64,000 nucleotides of DNA from Nitrospirales bacterium (lineage in GTDB: Bacteria > Nitrospirota > Nitrospiria > Nitrospirales > UBA8639), in contig OY729426.1 of assembly GCA_963422365.1 (NCBI GenBank), forward strand, positions 2,368,001 to 2,432,000, given 5' to 3'. The notes beneath the pieces were generated by a model. It was not told the DNA's origin. It did no database searches and saw only the letters and a program-made list of their open reading frames with translations. The position numbers were made by a program, and so were the translations under genes. Below, piece after piece: positions 1-9,449 of this stretch. The stretch's first letter is position 1; every line of letters starts with the position of its first letter.

Positions 1-819
1 GACCGTGACGGTGACTTCGGATTCCTCACCTTGTACTTCGGTCTTGACTTCCACGTTCACGGCGTCGGCACGCACCTTGCCAAAGCGACCGGGAAAACTA
101 TGGTTCGAGATTTTTCGATTACGTTCTCCGTTGGCCGACTCGCCAAAGGCCTCCGGCATATGGCACGACTGACAATTTTTACCCTCTTTTTGGGTTTTGG
201 TCTGTTGCCAGGGGCCCAACAGGTCAGGCAATTTTTCATGTCCTGGCAAATTTTCGTGACAGGTCGCACAGTACTGTGACTGGCTATAGAGCGCCAAGGG
301 TGCAGATTGATGAGCCAAATTTTCTGCCGGTTTTTTATAGCTGCCAAAGACAGTCCGGCCTAGTTGATAGGTCGGATGTGGAGGATGCTGTTCGGAATCC
401 ACTTCTTTGATTAAGTGGCATTGAGAACACCCCACCCCATCTAACTTCGGATCACCAGATTCAATTTCCTTGATATAGACACTCGTATGGTCTGGATATT
501 CTAACACGCTCGGCGCATGGCATCGGAAACACATCCTGCCGTCTTTATCATCAGAGGTCGCTCGGTAACGCTCCAACGAGACACGGAAGGGAGAACTGAG
601 AATGGAACGAGATTGGGCAGAAGCCTCCCATTCTTCAAACACTCGCAAATGACACCGCTTGCATTTCTGAGAATCAGGGAACGCCTTCTTCAGGGGTTTC
701 GTTGAACTCTTCTGAGCAGCTAACGTGTTGGTCACAGGAAAATCAACAGCAACCACCAACATGTTGGTCGCCACAAACAAGCCTATGACCCCACCCATTA
801 CTTGGAAAGTTTTTCGCAT
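1..819 (-). CDS. Periplasmic pentaheme cytochrome c (c554/c552-like multiheme family), 3' end runs off the window
   Basis: Not in the ORF track. Hand translation from ATG at 819 gives MRKTFQVMGGVIGLFVATNMLVVAV... (signal peptide), open to base 1, with CKRCH, CFRCH, CSQCH, CATCH and CQSCH. Collinear with the neighbouring 876-2243 protein. Confidence 0.9.
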   Translation of the reverse strand, partial: MRKTFQVMGGVIGLFVATNMLVVAVDFPVTNTLAAQKSSTKPLKKAFPDSQKCKRCHLRVFEEWEASAQSRSILSSPFRVSLERYRATSDDKDGRMCFRCHAPSVLEYPDHTSVYIKEIESGDPKLDGVGCSQCHLIKEVDSEQHPPHPTYQLGRTVFGSYKKPAENLAHQSAPLALYSQSQYCATCHENLPGHEKLPDLLGPWQQTKTQKEGKNCQSCHMPEAFGESANGERNRKISNHSFPGRFGKVRADAVNVEVKTEVQGEESEVTVTV

Positions 820-875
820 GAAGCCGCCCTCAATTGATCATGTTGGAATTCGTGAAAAAAGTGGTCGGGTTTTGG

Positions 876-2243
876 TTATAAGGACTTCGTTCGGAATGTA
901 AGGAGTCGTTGCGATGAATAATCTACAATGATCTCTGTGGCTTTATTTTTCTCCCGTTTGTGTTCTAGGGTCGCAAGATATTTATCGAGCAATGCTTGGC
1001 TTGGTTCAGGAATCAAGGCATAACTCAAGGAGGCTTCCACATAACTCGGCGAGGTACCGTCTTTGACCTGTATAGAGAATGGCACTTTCCGCGTTGTTCC
1101 TCCTGTGACGAGCGGTTTAGGAATCGGCCCGCGAAGAATTTGCTCGAACGGCAATCCAAATCGTTCTTGCCGGATTCCAAGTATGTACCCATCGGCATCT
1201 TTGACAGTGACCGTCACAAAAAACTGCTTCAGAACGGGGTCGCCACCAGGAAAAACATGGGGAAGGCTTCCGTTCCTGACTAAAACCCTCCCTTCAATGC
1301 TATTTCCCAACTGCTGGACGTCAAGATCCACCCGTGGAAACCACTCTGCCTGTAGGTTTCGATTGCTGAGCATGATGCCCGGTATCACAATCCCTTGAAA
1401 CCAATGTCGTCCGATGGGCCGCGTCAGCGAGCCACGTTTGGAGGTGGAACTTCCCGTCGACCGCTCCATGTGGCAATCTTGACAAGTCGTCCCTTTCAAA
1501 ATTTGTCCCGGCAATTCGTCCTTTGTCACATCTTTGACTTTACTGAAGTGGCAGGAAGCACAAAATCGAGCGCCCTTATACACAGCAGCCTGCTTTGAGG
1601 GATGCACGAGGTTCTCTTCGGCATCCGCATACGGACCAAAAAAAAATTTTCCCGCATTGATCTTAAATACCGGGAAGTCCGTCGTATCCTCTCTTAGCGA
1701 ATCAATAAGGTGGCAGGACGAACAGCTAATCCCTTCCACTCCATGGGTTTTCTTCGCTCTTCTTCCTTGTCTTTTGGGCTTTTCCGACAGGACTTGAGCA
1801 ATAATTTTTTCCGTATATTGAGGAAAAACCGTCACCGCAGGAACATGACACGACAAGCATCGAGCTTTTTCTTCTGAGGTGGGTTCTGTTTGCAGCCACA
1901 GAGCGAGGATGGTTTTGAACACGGGCGATGTCAGCGCGGTCCCATGCAACAACGCCCCATCCACGCGCCCAAACGTTTTGAGGTCAGGGGTTTGCTCCCG
2001 CATCCCTTTCCATTCCTCGTAGTGACGGTCATGACATTGTTTGCAATGCTCGGAAGGGAGAAAAACCGCTTCAATGTCCTGGATCCATTTGTGACTTTCA
2101 GGGACTGGGGCTTGTTCCTGTGCATGCGCACATGGGAGTGGAACCCACAGGATGCCTAACAGGAGAATCAACAAACGGCAGTTCATTCTCCCAAGGCTCT
2201 TTGTACGGCTCTCATTATTTCGAAAAGATGGCATGGTCTGCAC
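876..2243 (-). CDS. Periplasmic pentaheme cytochrome c (c554/c552-like multiheme family)
   Basis: Signal peptide; CKQCH, CLSCH, CSSCH, CASCH, CQDCH; C-terminal beta domain with HxF and HVFPGG motifs. True start may be a downstream Met. Confidence 0.9.
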   Translation of the reverse strand: MQTMPSFRNNESRTKSLGRMNCRLLILLLGILWVPLPCAHAQEQAPVPESHKWIQDIEAVFLPSEHCKQCHDRHYEEWKGMREQTPDLKTFGRVDGALLHGTALTSPVFKTILALWLQTEPTSEEKARCLSCHVPAVTVFPQYTEKIIAQVLSEKPKRQGRRAKKTHGVEGISCSSCHLIDSLREDTTDFPVFKINAGKFFFGPYADAEENLVHPSKQAAVYKGARFCASCHFSKVKDVTKDELPGQILKGTTCQDCHMERSTGSSTSKRGSLTRPIGRHWFQGIVIPGIMLSNRNLQAEWFPRVDLDVQQLGNSIEGRVLVRNGSLPHVFPGGDPVLKQFFVTVTVKDADGYILGIRQERFGLPFEQILRGPIPKPLVTGGTTRKVPFSIQVKDGTSPSYVEASLSYALIPEPSQALLDKYLATLEHKREKNKATEIIVDYSSQRLLTFRTKSL

Positions 2244-2744
2244 TCAATCCTTGGCAATGCGTACGAAGTGAAAGTTCATACCACCGCCGACACCTTGATC
2301 ATCAATGCCAGCTGGTTCAAACGTCGCCACCGAAAAATTTTGAGTTGGCAGCGACTCTTCAAGCGCCCGCCCTAATTCCAGTAAGTTTCGGATGTCCGTT
2401 CCGTCCACCTCTTTAATAATGGCCTTCACCTTTATGCCGGCACGATCTGCAGGCGAGCTTCCAATTACCCCAAAAACCACCACACCTTCGGCCTTGCTAA
2501 GACCAAGAATTTCTTTTATCTCCTCATCAACTTCTCCAACATCGATTCCAAACTCTTCCGCTAAGGCATAGGCTCGATCCTCCGTCATGCCTCTCTCATC
2601 GGATTGTGCAAAAGAGAGGAGAGACAACGAACTCACGACAAAACCACTGATGAAAAACATCAGAATGGCACGGAGGGACAATCCGATCATCCCATTTGTT
2701 CGTCGCCCACAGCTCTTCATGGTATGGGAGTGAGAAGGACACAT
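2244..2744 (-). CDS. Secreted stand-alone PDZ-domain protein
   Basis: Signal peptide, then GVVVFGVIGSSPADRAGIKVKAIIKEVDG, a DegP-type PDZ signature. No protease domain. Confidence 0.8.
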   Translation of the reverse strand: MCPSHSHTMKSCGRRTNGMIGLSLRAILMFFISGFVVSSLSLLSFAQSDERGMTEDRAYALAEEFGIDVGEVDEEIKEILGLSKAEGVVVFGVIGSSPADRAGIKVKAIIKEVDGTDIRNLLELGRALEESLPTQNFSVATFEPAGIDDQGVGGGMNFHFVRIAKD

Positions 2745-2774
2745 AAGAAAATTTTTTTGGCTACCGATGACTCA

Positions 2775-3626
2775 TTATTTCGTTGAAGCCATTGGGCCGC
2801 CGACGGGATCGACCAGCAGTTGAAGCCAAGACGCCACTGCTTTTTGTCCATTCCTTTCTTTATTCTCGCCGTTCCAGACGGCAAATGCCGCGGCTTGCAT
2901 GCGGCCAGGGACCAGGAGGGCCTCATTCTCTGTGTCATCTCCGGATTTAGTCAATGGGCGCTTCATGACGACTCGCCAAAACCCGTTTTTCCATTCGGCC
3001 TCTCCCTTGACCTTGCCTTGCCTGACCTTGCTCGTCAACGTACTAAACCCACCACCGATGAGATCTTCTATTGAGGAGGGCCGACGTGGAATAACTTCAA
3101 ACTTTCGAATACCTTTTCTTTTTCGTCCTCTTTCTTTGGCCCTGGCTTTTCTGCGGTCTACATCGCTTTGCCAATCCGCTTTCCAATGCCAAATATTGAC
3201 ATAGTGGTCTAATTGGCCCATACAGAAAAACGCTGGAGCATTACCCAGCGGAAGCGCCAGGGCTGCCCCATCACGAAACACCCCAGGGGTGAGCCGTTCG
3301 TTTTTGGTCGCATCTTGCCATTCCACCAAAAACGAAATGTCTTTGCCATTATGAACCGACCGAACCGAGATGACTTTGGCACTTGGTTCAGGCCAGACTG
3401 GTCGAGTAATGATCTGACCACTCAGAGGAATGGGCATGGGCGCGATCATCTTCCATGCCGCATCAGAAGGTTTCGTCGGAATCACTCCTTCCATAAAATG
3501 GGACCGGATGACAATCCCTTGAGAACTCACCACGGGAATACCAAGCCAGCCAAGAACTACCGCCATCAAAACAATGCCTAATCCTGTCAAGATAAGAGAG
3601 CGTGAAAATTTTCGTGTCGATTTCAT
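2775..3626 (-). CDS. Ethylbenzene-dehydrogenase gamma-like (EB_dh, heme b DOMON) protein; candidate NXR gamma subunit
   Basis: N-terminal TM/signal; FRDGAAL, CMGQ, VNIWHWKADWQ, WRVVMKRPL and AFAVWNG..ERNGQK motifs. The Met and Lys heme b ligands are retained. Confidence 0.85.
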   Translation of the reverse strand: MKSTRKFSRSLILTGLGIVLMAVVLGWLGIPVVSSQGIVIRSHFMEGVIPTKPSDAAWKMIAPMPIPLSGQIITRPVWPEPSAKVISVRSVHNGKDISFLVEWQDATKNERLTPGVFRDGAALALPLGNAPAFFCMGQLDHYVNIWHWKADWQSDVDRRKARAKERGRKRKGIRKFEVIPRRPSSIEDLIGGGFSTLTSKVRQGKVKGEAEWKNGFWRVVMKRPLTKSGDDTENEALLVPGRMQAAAFAVWNGENKERNGQKAVASWLQLLVDPVGGPMASTK

Positions 3627-3674
3627 AAGATCGTTTCGACCGTTTGGACAAACTGTTTCACTCCTCAGCCGTCC

Positions 3675-4928
3675 TTACCATAGTTTGACTCGCCGGACTT
3701 TATTCTCGTTGCGCTCACAAATATAGAGATAGCCTTGAGCATCAAAGGCTAAGCCGGACGGGGCATTCACCACCGCATCCACAGCTAAACTGCCATCACC
3801 ATGCTTCAGCATACCCGTTTCTTCTTTGGCCACAAAACGCGCGGCGCCACACCCGCCCATATTTTTATCCTCGTATCCACTGTCCCCGTTTCCCGCAACG
3901 GTCTCGATGAGGCCTGTCGTGCAATCGACTTTACGGATGCGATGATTCATCGAATCCGCAATATAGACGTTTGCATCGGAATCGACGACGGCAGCCTCTG
4001 GCACATTCAACATGGACATAACTCCAAGTTTTCCATCTCCATCATACCCATAGCGACAGACCCCGGCTACGGTGGAAATCACGCCTGTTTGTCCGTCAAC
4101 CTTTCGAATACGATTACTGGCTTTATCCGTGAGCAACACATTTCCGCGGCAGTCTACATCAATCGCCACAATATCCCAAAGTTTCGCTTCAAGCGCCGGC
4201 CGGCCGTCATCAAGATAGGGGGACAGATCCAAATTATCCGAACATTGGGGGCGAAGCCATCCTTGATCATCACTAAAGTCAATCCCAATCGCATCACCAG
4301 AGAGTACCACCAAGTTTTGTGCCGTCAATGGACTGATCCAATCTTCATCTTCTCTGGACCAAGTCCCTGCAATGGTGGTCACCATGTCTGTTCGCGGATC
4401 GTACTTTCGAATACGGTGGGCTTGGGTATCGGCAATATACAGATTGTCTTCCGAATCAAATGCAATCGCCCCAGGATAGGTCAAGTTGACTTCTACCGCA
4501 GGGCCGTCACCATTAAAGCCGGATTCACCGGAACCGACGACCGTCGTAATAATATCGGTCTGGTGATCGACTTTACGAATGCGGTTACTTCCAGAGTCAC
4601 AAATATACAAATCATTATTGGAAGCAACCGCCACACTCAAAGGCAAGTACAACCCTGCTTCTCCACAAGGACCGTAATCTCCGCTATAGCAGGTCTCTCC
4701 AATGCCCGCATAGTTATGAAGGGTCCCGGCTTCCAAATCGACCCGTCGAACTCGGTCCGACCCATTTTCAGCAATGTAGAGCCAGCGGCCTTCCTTGTCG
4801 ACGCAAATGTGATTCGGTAAGGGAATCCCTGCTTTCCTCGCACGTTTCCCATCACCTGTACTTCGTGATTTTCCATTCCCCGCAAACGTCTCAATTTTTC
4901 CAACCAGTGACTCTACGCTCGTTTCCAT
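3675..4928 (-). CDS. NHL-repeat beta-propeller protein
   Basis: Repeated LYIxDxxxxRIRKVD..TG.I.TVAG.G..G..GDG units. Confidence 0.9.
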   Translation of the reverse strand: METSVESLVGKIETFAGNGKSRSTGDGKRARKAGIPLPNHICVDKEGRWLYIAENGSDRVRRVDLEAGTLHNYAGIGETCYSGDYGPCGEAGLYLPLSVAVASNNDLYICDSGSNRIRKVDHQTDIITTVVGSGESGFNGDGPAVEVNLTYPGAIAFDSEDNLYIADTQAHRIRKYDPRTDMVTTIAGTWSREDEDWISPLTAQNLVVLSGDAIGIDFSDDQGWLRPQCSDNLDLSPYLDDGRPALEAKLWDIVAIDVDCRGNVLLTDKASNRIRKVDGQTGVISTVAGVCRYGYDGDGKLGVMSMLNVPEAAVVDSDANVYIADSMNHRIRKVDCTTGLIETVAGNGDSGYEDKNMGGCGAARFVAKEETGMLKHGDGSLAVDAVVNAPSGLAFDAQGYLYICERNENKVRRVKLW

Positions 4929-4988
4929 ACTGCACTCCTTGTCCTGAGGACAAATTTTGTTCTCGACTCAGAACCGCACAAGACCATT

Positions 4989-5300
4989 CTATCCCTTCGA
5001 TGTCTGAGCCGGTTCTGATTGAGGGGCTGGCATTGGGGAAATTGTCTCAACCTGATCACGTTGCAGAGCCGGCGACGGCGTCACGTCTGAAGCTTGTGGA
5101 TTCACTTGCACCTGGCTCTGCTGCTCCGTTAGATTATGGGCTTCGGGCTCAACAGCCTCTGCTTCATTCACAGATTTCTTGAAGCCTTTTATCGCCTTCC
5201 CCACCCCCTCACCAAGCTGAGGTAATTTCCCAGCGCCAAATATGATCAGAACAATGAAGAGTATCAGAATCAACTCTGTAAAGCCTAAGCTCCCAAACAT
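4989..5300 (-). CDS. tatA: Twin-arginine translocase TatA/E subunit
   Basis: [51 protein letters not shown] before ATG at 5300. Confidence 0.93.
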   Translation of the reverse strand: MFGSLGFTELILILFIVLIIFGAGKLPQLGEGVGKAIKGFKKSVNEAEAVEPEAHNLTEQQSQVQVNPQASDVTPSPALQRDQVETISPMPAPQSEPAQTSKG

Positions 5301-5339
5301 GACAGATTTCTCCTTTTGAGACAAAAATGAAGAGTGACG

Positions 5340-6140
5340 CTATCCACGGGTCCGTTTTGCAAACCTTTGCTTTAAACGTTGCCGAGCCTCTTCGGCCTGC
5401 TCAAACATTTTACATTTTTCATAGGTATTGATGAGGTTATAATACGCCAACGGCTCATCCGGGCTGTGTTCGACCGCTTCTTCCATAATTTTCACAGCCA
5501 CATCGGATTTTTTCAATGTAAAAGCAATATCCATGAGTTTAAAACTAGACTCTAAATGCGTAGGATCGAATTCCAACACCTTCATATAGGCTTGAACCGC
5601 CATATCAAGGGTATTGAAATCCGAGACTTGGGGATTATCTAATTGTTCATAGACTCCTGCCAAATTATACCAAGCCATCGGGTCCTCAGGGGTAATTTCA
5701 ATCAATCGTTCAAAGTACTCCTTTGCTTGCATGTACTCTTTCTTATCGTTATGAAGCCTCCCTAGATTGAACAAGGCCAACACATCATATTTATTCAACT
5801 CTAATGCTCGCTCAAATTGAGGACGAGCATCCTCCATCATGCCCTTCGTGCCGTAGATTGTTCCTAGGTTGGAATAATACATGGCCAAGGACCGATCCAT
5901 TTCCGTTCTCAAGCCCTCAGCCATTTCTATAGCCTTTTTCACTTCGGTCAGGGCGTCCTCTAGTTTCCCTTTTCCAAAATACAATTCCCCTAACCGACAA
6001 CGGGCTTGAAAATCATCGAGGTCTTCACTGAGTAATTTTTCAAGCTCAGCAATTTCTTCATCCGGGGTCAACGACGGCTCTTGAGCGTGAGGCTCCGTCA
6101 CCCCGCCCTCTTTTTCTGTTGCGACATTTTGTGATTCCAT
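5340..6140 (-). CDS. Tetratricopeptide-repeat protein
   Basis: Multiple TPR helices (YYSNLGTIYG, ALFNLGRLH, AWYNLAGVY). Start is 6140 or 6161. Confidence 0.88.
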   Translation of the reverse strand: MESQNVATEKEGGVTEPHAQEPSLTPDEEIAELEKLLSEDLDDFQARCRLGELYFGKGKLEDALTEVKKAIEMAEGLRTEMDRSLAMYYSNLGTIYGTKGMMEDARPQFERALELNKYDVLALFNLGRLHNDKKEYMQAKEYFERLIEITPEDPMAWYNLAGVYEQLDNPQVSDFNTLDMAVQAYMKVLEFDPTHLESSFKLMDIAFTLKKSDVAVKIMEEAVEHSPDEPLAYYNLINTYEKCKMFEQAEEARQRLKQRFAKRTRG

Positions 6141-6157
6141 GGTCGTTACATATCCTC

Positions 6158-7279
6158 TCAACGTATTTCACTAAACACAGGAGTCACTGGGGCATAGCTC
6201 ACAGTTCCTGTTTTGTCTCGCAATTTTCCTAAAGTGCCCCGCTTATCAAGCGTCATGAGCATTAACCCAACCACAACCATTAACGTCAAATGCGACAGCT
6301 GCAGGGCGTATCCTGCCATAAACATAAACCCTAAGCCATAGCCTGCCAAACGACCGATTAACACCAACTTCATGACGGTATAAGCCCAGCAGGTAAATCC
6401 TGCGATATAGAGAGCAAAGGGCAAATAAAAGGTATACCCCATGCCCATTTGGAACACCCAGCCAATCCCCTGCCCAGCCTTTCTCGCCTCTTCAGCAAGC
6501 GTGGGGCTATAAAGCGACAAGAAAAAATCCATATAGAGCACCACCAAAAAGGTTGCACTCCCGCTTAGAAGAAGGGTCATGGCCCATTTCCGTTGAGTTT
6601 TATTTTTGGTAAAGAGGGAAGTGCTACCGTACGACCAAAAAACAAGGATACTCGACAAAACCATCAGGGCTTCGCCTCCACGACTGATTTCATGCACAAA
6701 GGGCGGCGGAACGACAATGCCCAACAACCCATAGGTTGTGGACACCGTCTGGTAGTAAATCCATCCCATAATCCCTAATAAAAAACACCCAACGGTGACA
6801 CGTTGCCCCCAAAGACGATGGGTCACTAAAAACTCCGTCATCAGAATAAGAAAAATCACCAAGGATACGAGATTATAGACCACCGCGCCTAGCATAGCGG
6901 GTGGAAAGATGAGATACCCAACGGTCAACACCACGAGCAAGGAGACGGCCGGGACCAGGAACTGGTCAAAACTCCCTGACCACGTCGATTGCCGTAATTT
7001 TTGAATCAACAAAATGAACAAGACTAAGAACAATAGAAGAGAGGTGATATTGAGAAGAATAAATCCTACGGAGGAGAGTGTTTTAAACGTAAGCCTCACA
7101 GCTTCGGATTTTTCAGCTAGCTTGGCCATATGCATACCCAATCGGGACGCCAAGCGATAGAGAACAAGCTCCAAAAATGCTGAAAGCAGGAGAAACTTTA
7201 ACGCATATTCAAACAAGATCCCAGGATTATCGGACTTTCCGCTCTGGTCCCCCGATGTTGGCGCTGCCATCATGTTCAC
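6158..7279 (-). CDS. Polytopic membrane protein of unknown function
   Basis: About 10 hydrophobic segments; tightly packed in the operon. Confidence 0.8.
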   Translation of the reverse strand: MNMMAAPTSGDQSGKSDNPGILFEYALKFLLLSAFLELVLYRLASRLGMHMAKLAEKSEAVRLTFKTLSSVGFILLNITSLLLFLVLFILLIQKLRQSTWSGSFDQFLVPAVSLLVVLTVGYLIFPPAMLGAVVYNLVSLVIFLILMTEFLVTHRLWGQRVTVGCFLLGIMGWIYYQTVSTTYGLLGIVVPPPFVHEISRGGEALMVLSSILVFWSYGSTSLFTKNKTQRKWAMTLLLSGSATFLVVLYMDFFLSLYSPTLAEEARKAGQGIGWVFQMGMGYTFYLPFALYIAGFTCWAYTVMKLVLIGRLAGYGLGFMFMAGYALQLSHLTLMVVVGLMLMTLDKRGTLGKLRDKTGTVSYAPVTPVFSEIR

Positions 7280-7350
7280 GACGCCCTAGTTCCGCCTTTT
7301 CTTCTCCCCGTCCGATCAGAATTGAGAGCACACAAGACGGGCCTTCGCAA

Positions 7351-9126
7351 TTAAGAGACAGTCGTAAATTCCGTGGCATGTTGTTGTTTGTGTCGAGCGA
7401 TATACAGCAACCCATCAGCCATCGAATAATTAAATGGCAATTCCACGACTACTTCACTGATTTTTTCGTAAACATATTGGTAAAATTTTTCGGCTTGCTC
7501 AGGCGTCATGCCCTGTTTGATTTCATAGAAAAAGCCTAAACTTAAATCTTCTGCGGCTGGTCGCATAATACGCTGAATCCCGTAGCTTCCTGGATCGTTC
7601 ATAATGGGGGCCTCTTTTTCAAGATCGAAAAGACAGGGCTGGCATGAGAATCCATAAGACGAATTCAAATTTATATTGTCCAACACAAAATTCATGGTTT
7701 CCGATGCTTCCGCTTCCGTTTCAGTTGGGAAGCCAACGATGATATAACAATGCACGCCGATACCCAGATCAACACAATCAGAACAAATCCGCCGGACATT
7801 CTCTTGGGTAATGCCTTTCTGCATAAAATCCATCATACGCTGATTGTAGGTTTCCAATCCAAACACAATTTTGTGGCACCCGGCATCTCGCATTAATGAC
7901 AGTAATTCTTTCGAAAGATTCTTCTCGAAACGAAGTTCGGCTGTCCATTGAATATTGAATTGTCGCTTCAGGATTTCTTTACACAGTCGGCGAGTGGGCG
8001 ATAGAGCCAGACATTCATCGGTAAAAAAGAAAAAGGGCGTATCATATTTTTGAGAAAGCGCCTGGAGTTCGTCTACAACCTTGACAGGGTCTTTTTGACG
8101 AAAATTTTGATGATCCAACGTCAAGGCACAAAAGGCACAGTCCTTATAGTAACAACCTCGTGAAAACTGAACCGGCAAGACCGTTTTGGGGGCCAGATAC
8201 CGATCGAGAGGAAATCCATCGTAACTGGGAGCTGGATGTTGAGCCAAATTCTCAGAATAAAACGGCTGATTCACAATAACCTTTCCGTTTTCCCGATAGA
8301 TGAGATTAGGAACTTTGGCAAAATTCTTTTTTCCTTCTAATTGATTGGTCAATTCCAATAACGCCGTCTCTCCCTCAAATACGATAAAATCATCTGTGAC
8401 TTGGAACAGCCGCTCACATCGACGAAGATTGTCCACGAGCCTAGTAAAAATACTGCCACCAACAGTCACATGAATATCTGGATTCGCTTCCTTAATGAGC
8501 CGACACAAGGTCAGACCAGGAATAATCTGGGATGTCGCAGTGATCGACACCCCAATCAACTCTGGGTTTTCATTGACGATGGAAGGGAGAAAATACTGTC
8601 GATACAAGTCAAGGTACGGATTTTGTTCTTCATCGTTAATCGCTTTTACAATGTCCCGAGAGGAATAAATAGAATAGGAAAATTGGTTATCGACAACGGT
8701 GATTCGGGTGGGAAAATAAATCGAAGAGATAACTTCCAACCAGCGGTCGATTAAAAACAGGCATTCTCGATACCGCTCAATATCATAAAACTCTTCCCCG
8801 CGCAGAGAGGTTTTCACCGGTTCAATTTGATCGATTAAATGGGGAAACCGGTCTAAGGCTTCCACAATTCGACCATAATGTTCATCACTTCCCTGTCCCG
8901 TCTCTCCCTCACGGGATTGCTCTAATTTCTTCAGTTTTCCAACAAGTTTTTCATAGACTTCCAAGCCATACGTCTCCGACAAAATAGTATCGAGGAGTTC
9001 AATATTCAGATCCCGTTGCCTGTTATCGGGGATCCCAGCTTGGTCAAGAAAAGCTGTTAAGCAGGGCAGACTAAGATAGGGTTGTGAGGGATGCCAACTT
9101 GGAGGAAATAGCAAAGATATTTTCAC
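7351..9126 (-). CDS. B12-binding-domain radical SAM protein
   Basis: N-terminal PYLSLPCL and LIGVSI..HVTVGG B12-binding fold; RGCYYKDCAFC cluster motif; FFFTDE, GLET, IIVGFPTET. GTG start with AAGGAGG RBS. Confidence 0.92.
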   Translation of the reverse strand: MKISLLFPPSWHPSQPYLSLPCLTAFLDQAGIPDNRQRDLNIELLDTILSETYGLEVYEKLVGKLKKLEQSREGETGQGSDEHYGRIVEALDRFPHLIDQIEPVKTSLRGEEFYDIERYRECLFLIDRWLEVISSIYFPTRITVVDNQFSYSIYSSRDIVKAINDEEQNPYLDLYRQYFLPSIVNENPELIGVSITATSQIIPGLTLCRLIKEANPDIHVTVGGSIFTRLVDNLRRCERLFQVTDDFIVFEGETALLELTNQLEGKKNFAKVPNLIYRENGKVIVNQPFYSENLAQHPAPSYDGFPLDRYLAPKTVLPVQFSRGCYYKDCAFCALTLDHQNFRQKDPVKVVDELQALSQKYDTPFFFFTDECLALSPTRRLCKEILKRQFNIQWTAELRFEKNLSKELLSLMRDAGCHKIVFGLETYNQRMMDFMQKGITQENVRRICSDCVDLGIGVHCYIIVGFPTETEAEASETMNFVLDNINLNSSYGFSCQPCLFDLEKEAPIMNDPGSYGIQRIMRPAAEDLSLGFFYEIKQGMTPEQAEKFYQYVYEKISEVVVELPFNYSMADGLLYIARHKQQHATEFTTVS

Positions 9127-9358
9127 ATTGCCTCCTTAATAATTCTCGTATCCCATTAACGATATTCCTTATGACAACACCAGCCAACACAATTTTTGTT
9201 TTTAATAATAACTTGAAGGTTCAATAATTCTTATACACGGCTACCGGTTTCATATGCAACTTTGTGTCAAAAAAGATCTCCGAATCAGACTAAGAGTTCC
9301 CCATGAGAGGGTTCCCTGAAAGAATCCCACTGTCTCACATGAAAAAAATCCACATGTA

Positions 9359-9410
9359 AAGAGACCCTGAAGTCCCCCTCTTTACTTTAGGGGAAACCCC
9401 AGGGTCTCTT
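9359..9410 (-). terminator. Probable intrinsic terminator or stabilising hairpin after the nxrC-like gene
   Basis: Inverted repeat aagagaccctg...cagggtctctt about 40 bp past the stop at 9450; T-tract is short. Confidence 0.55.
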
Positions 9411-9449
9411 AGACTCGCTACTGCAAGAGTATTTAGTACAAATTATGGC

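Noticed and set aside
31..705. Short ORFs 31-279, 57-347 and 517-705
   Set aside because: Shadows of the real minus-strand pentaheme gene at 1-819.
3801..4820. 339-aa plus-strand ORF
   Set aside because: Antisense shadow of the NHL gene; no recognisable motifs.
9127..9360. Cobalamin riboswitch or RiPP precursor upstream of the B12 radical SAM gene
   Set aside because: No B12-box or conserved riboswitch elements and no credible small ORF with an RBS; it looks like an AT-rich promoter region.
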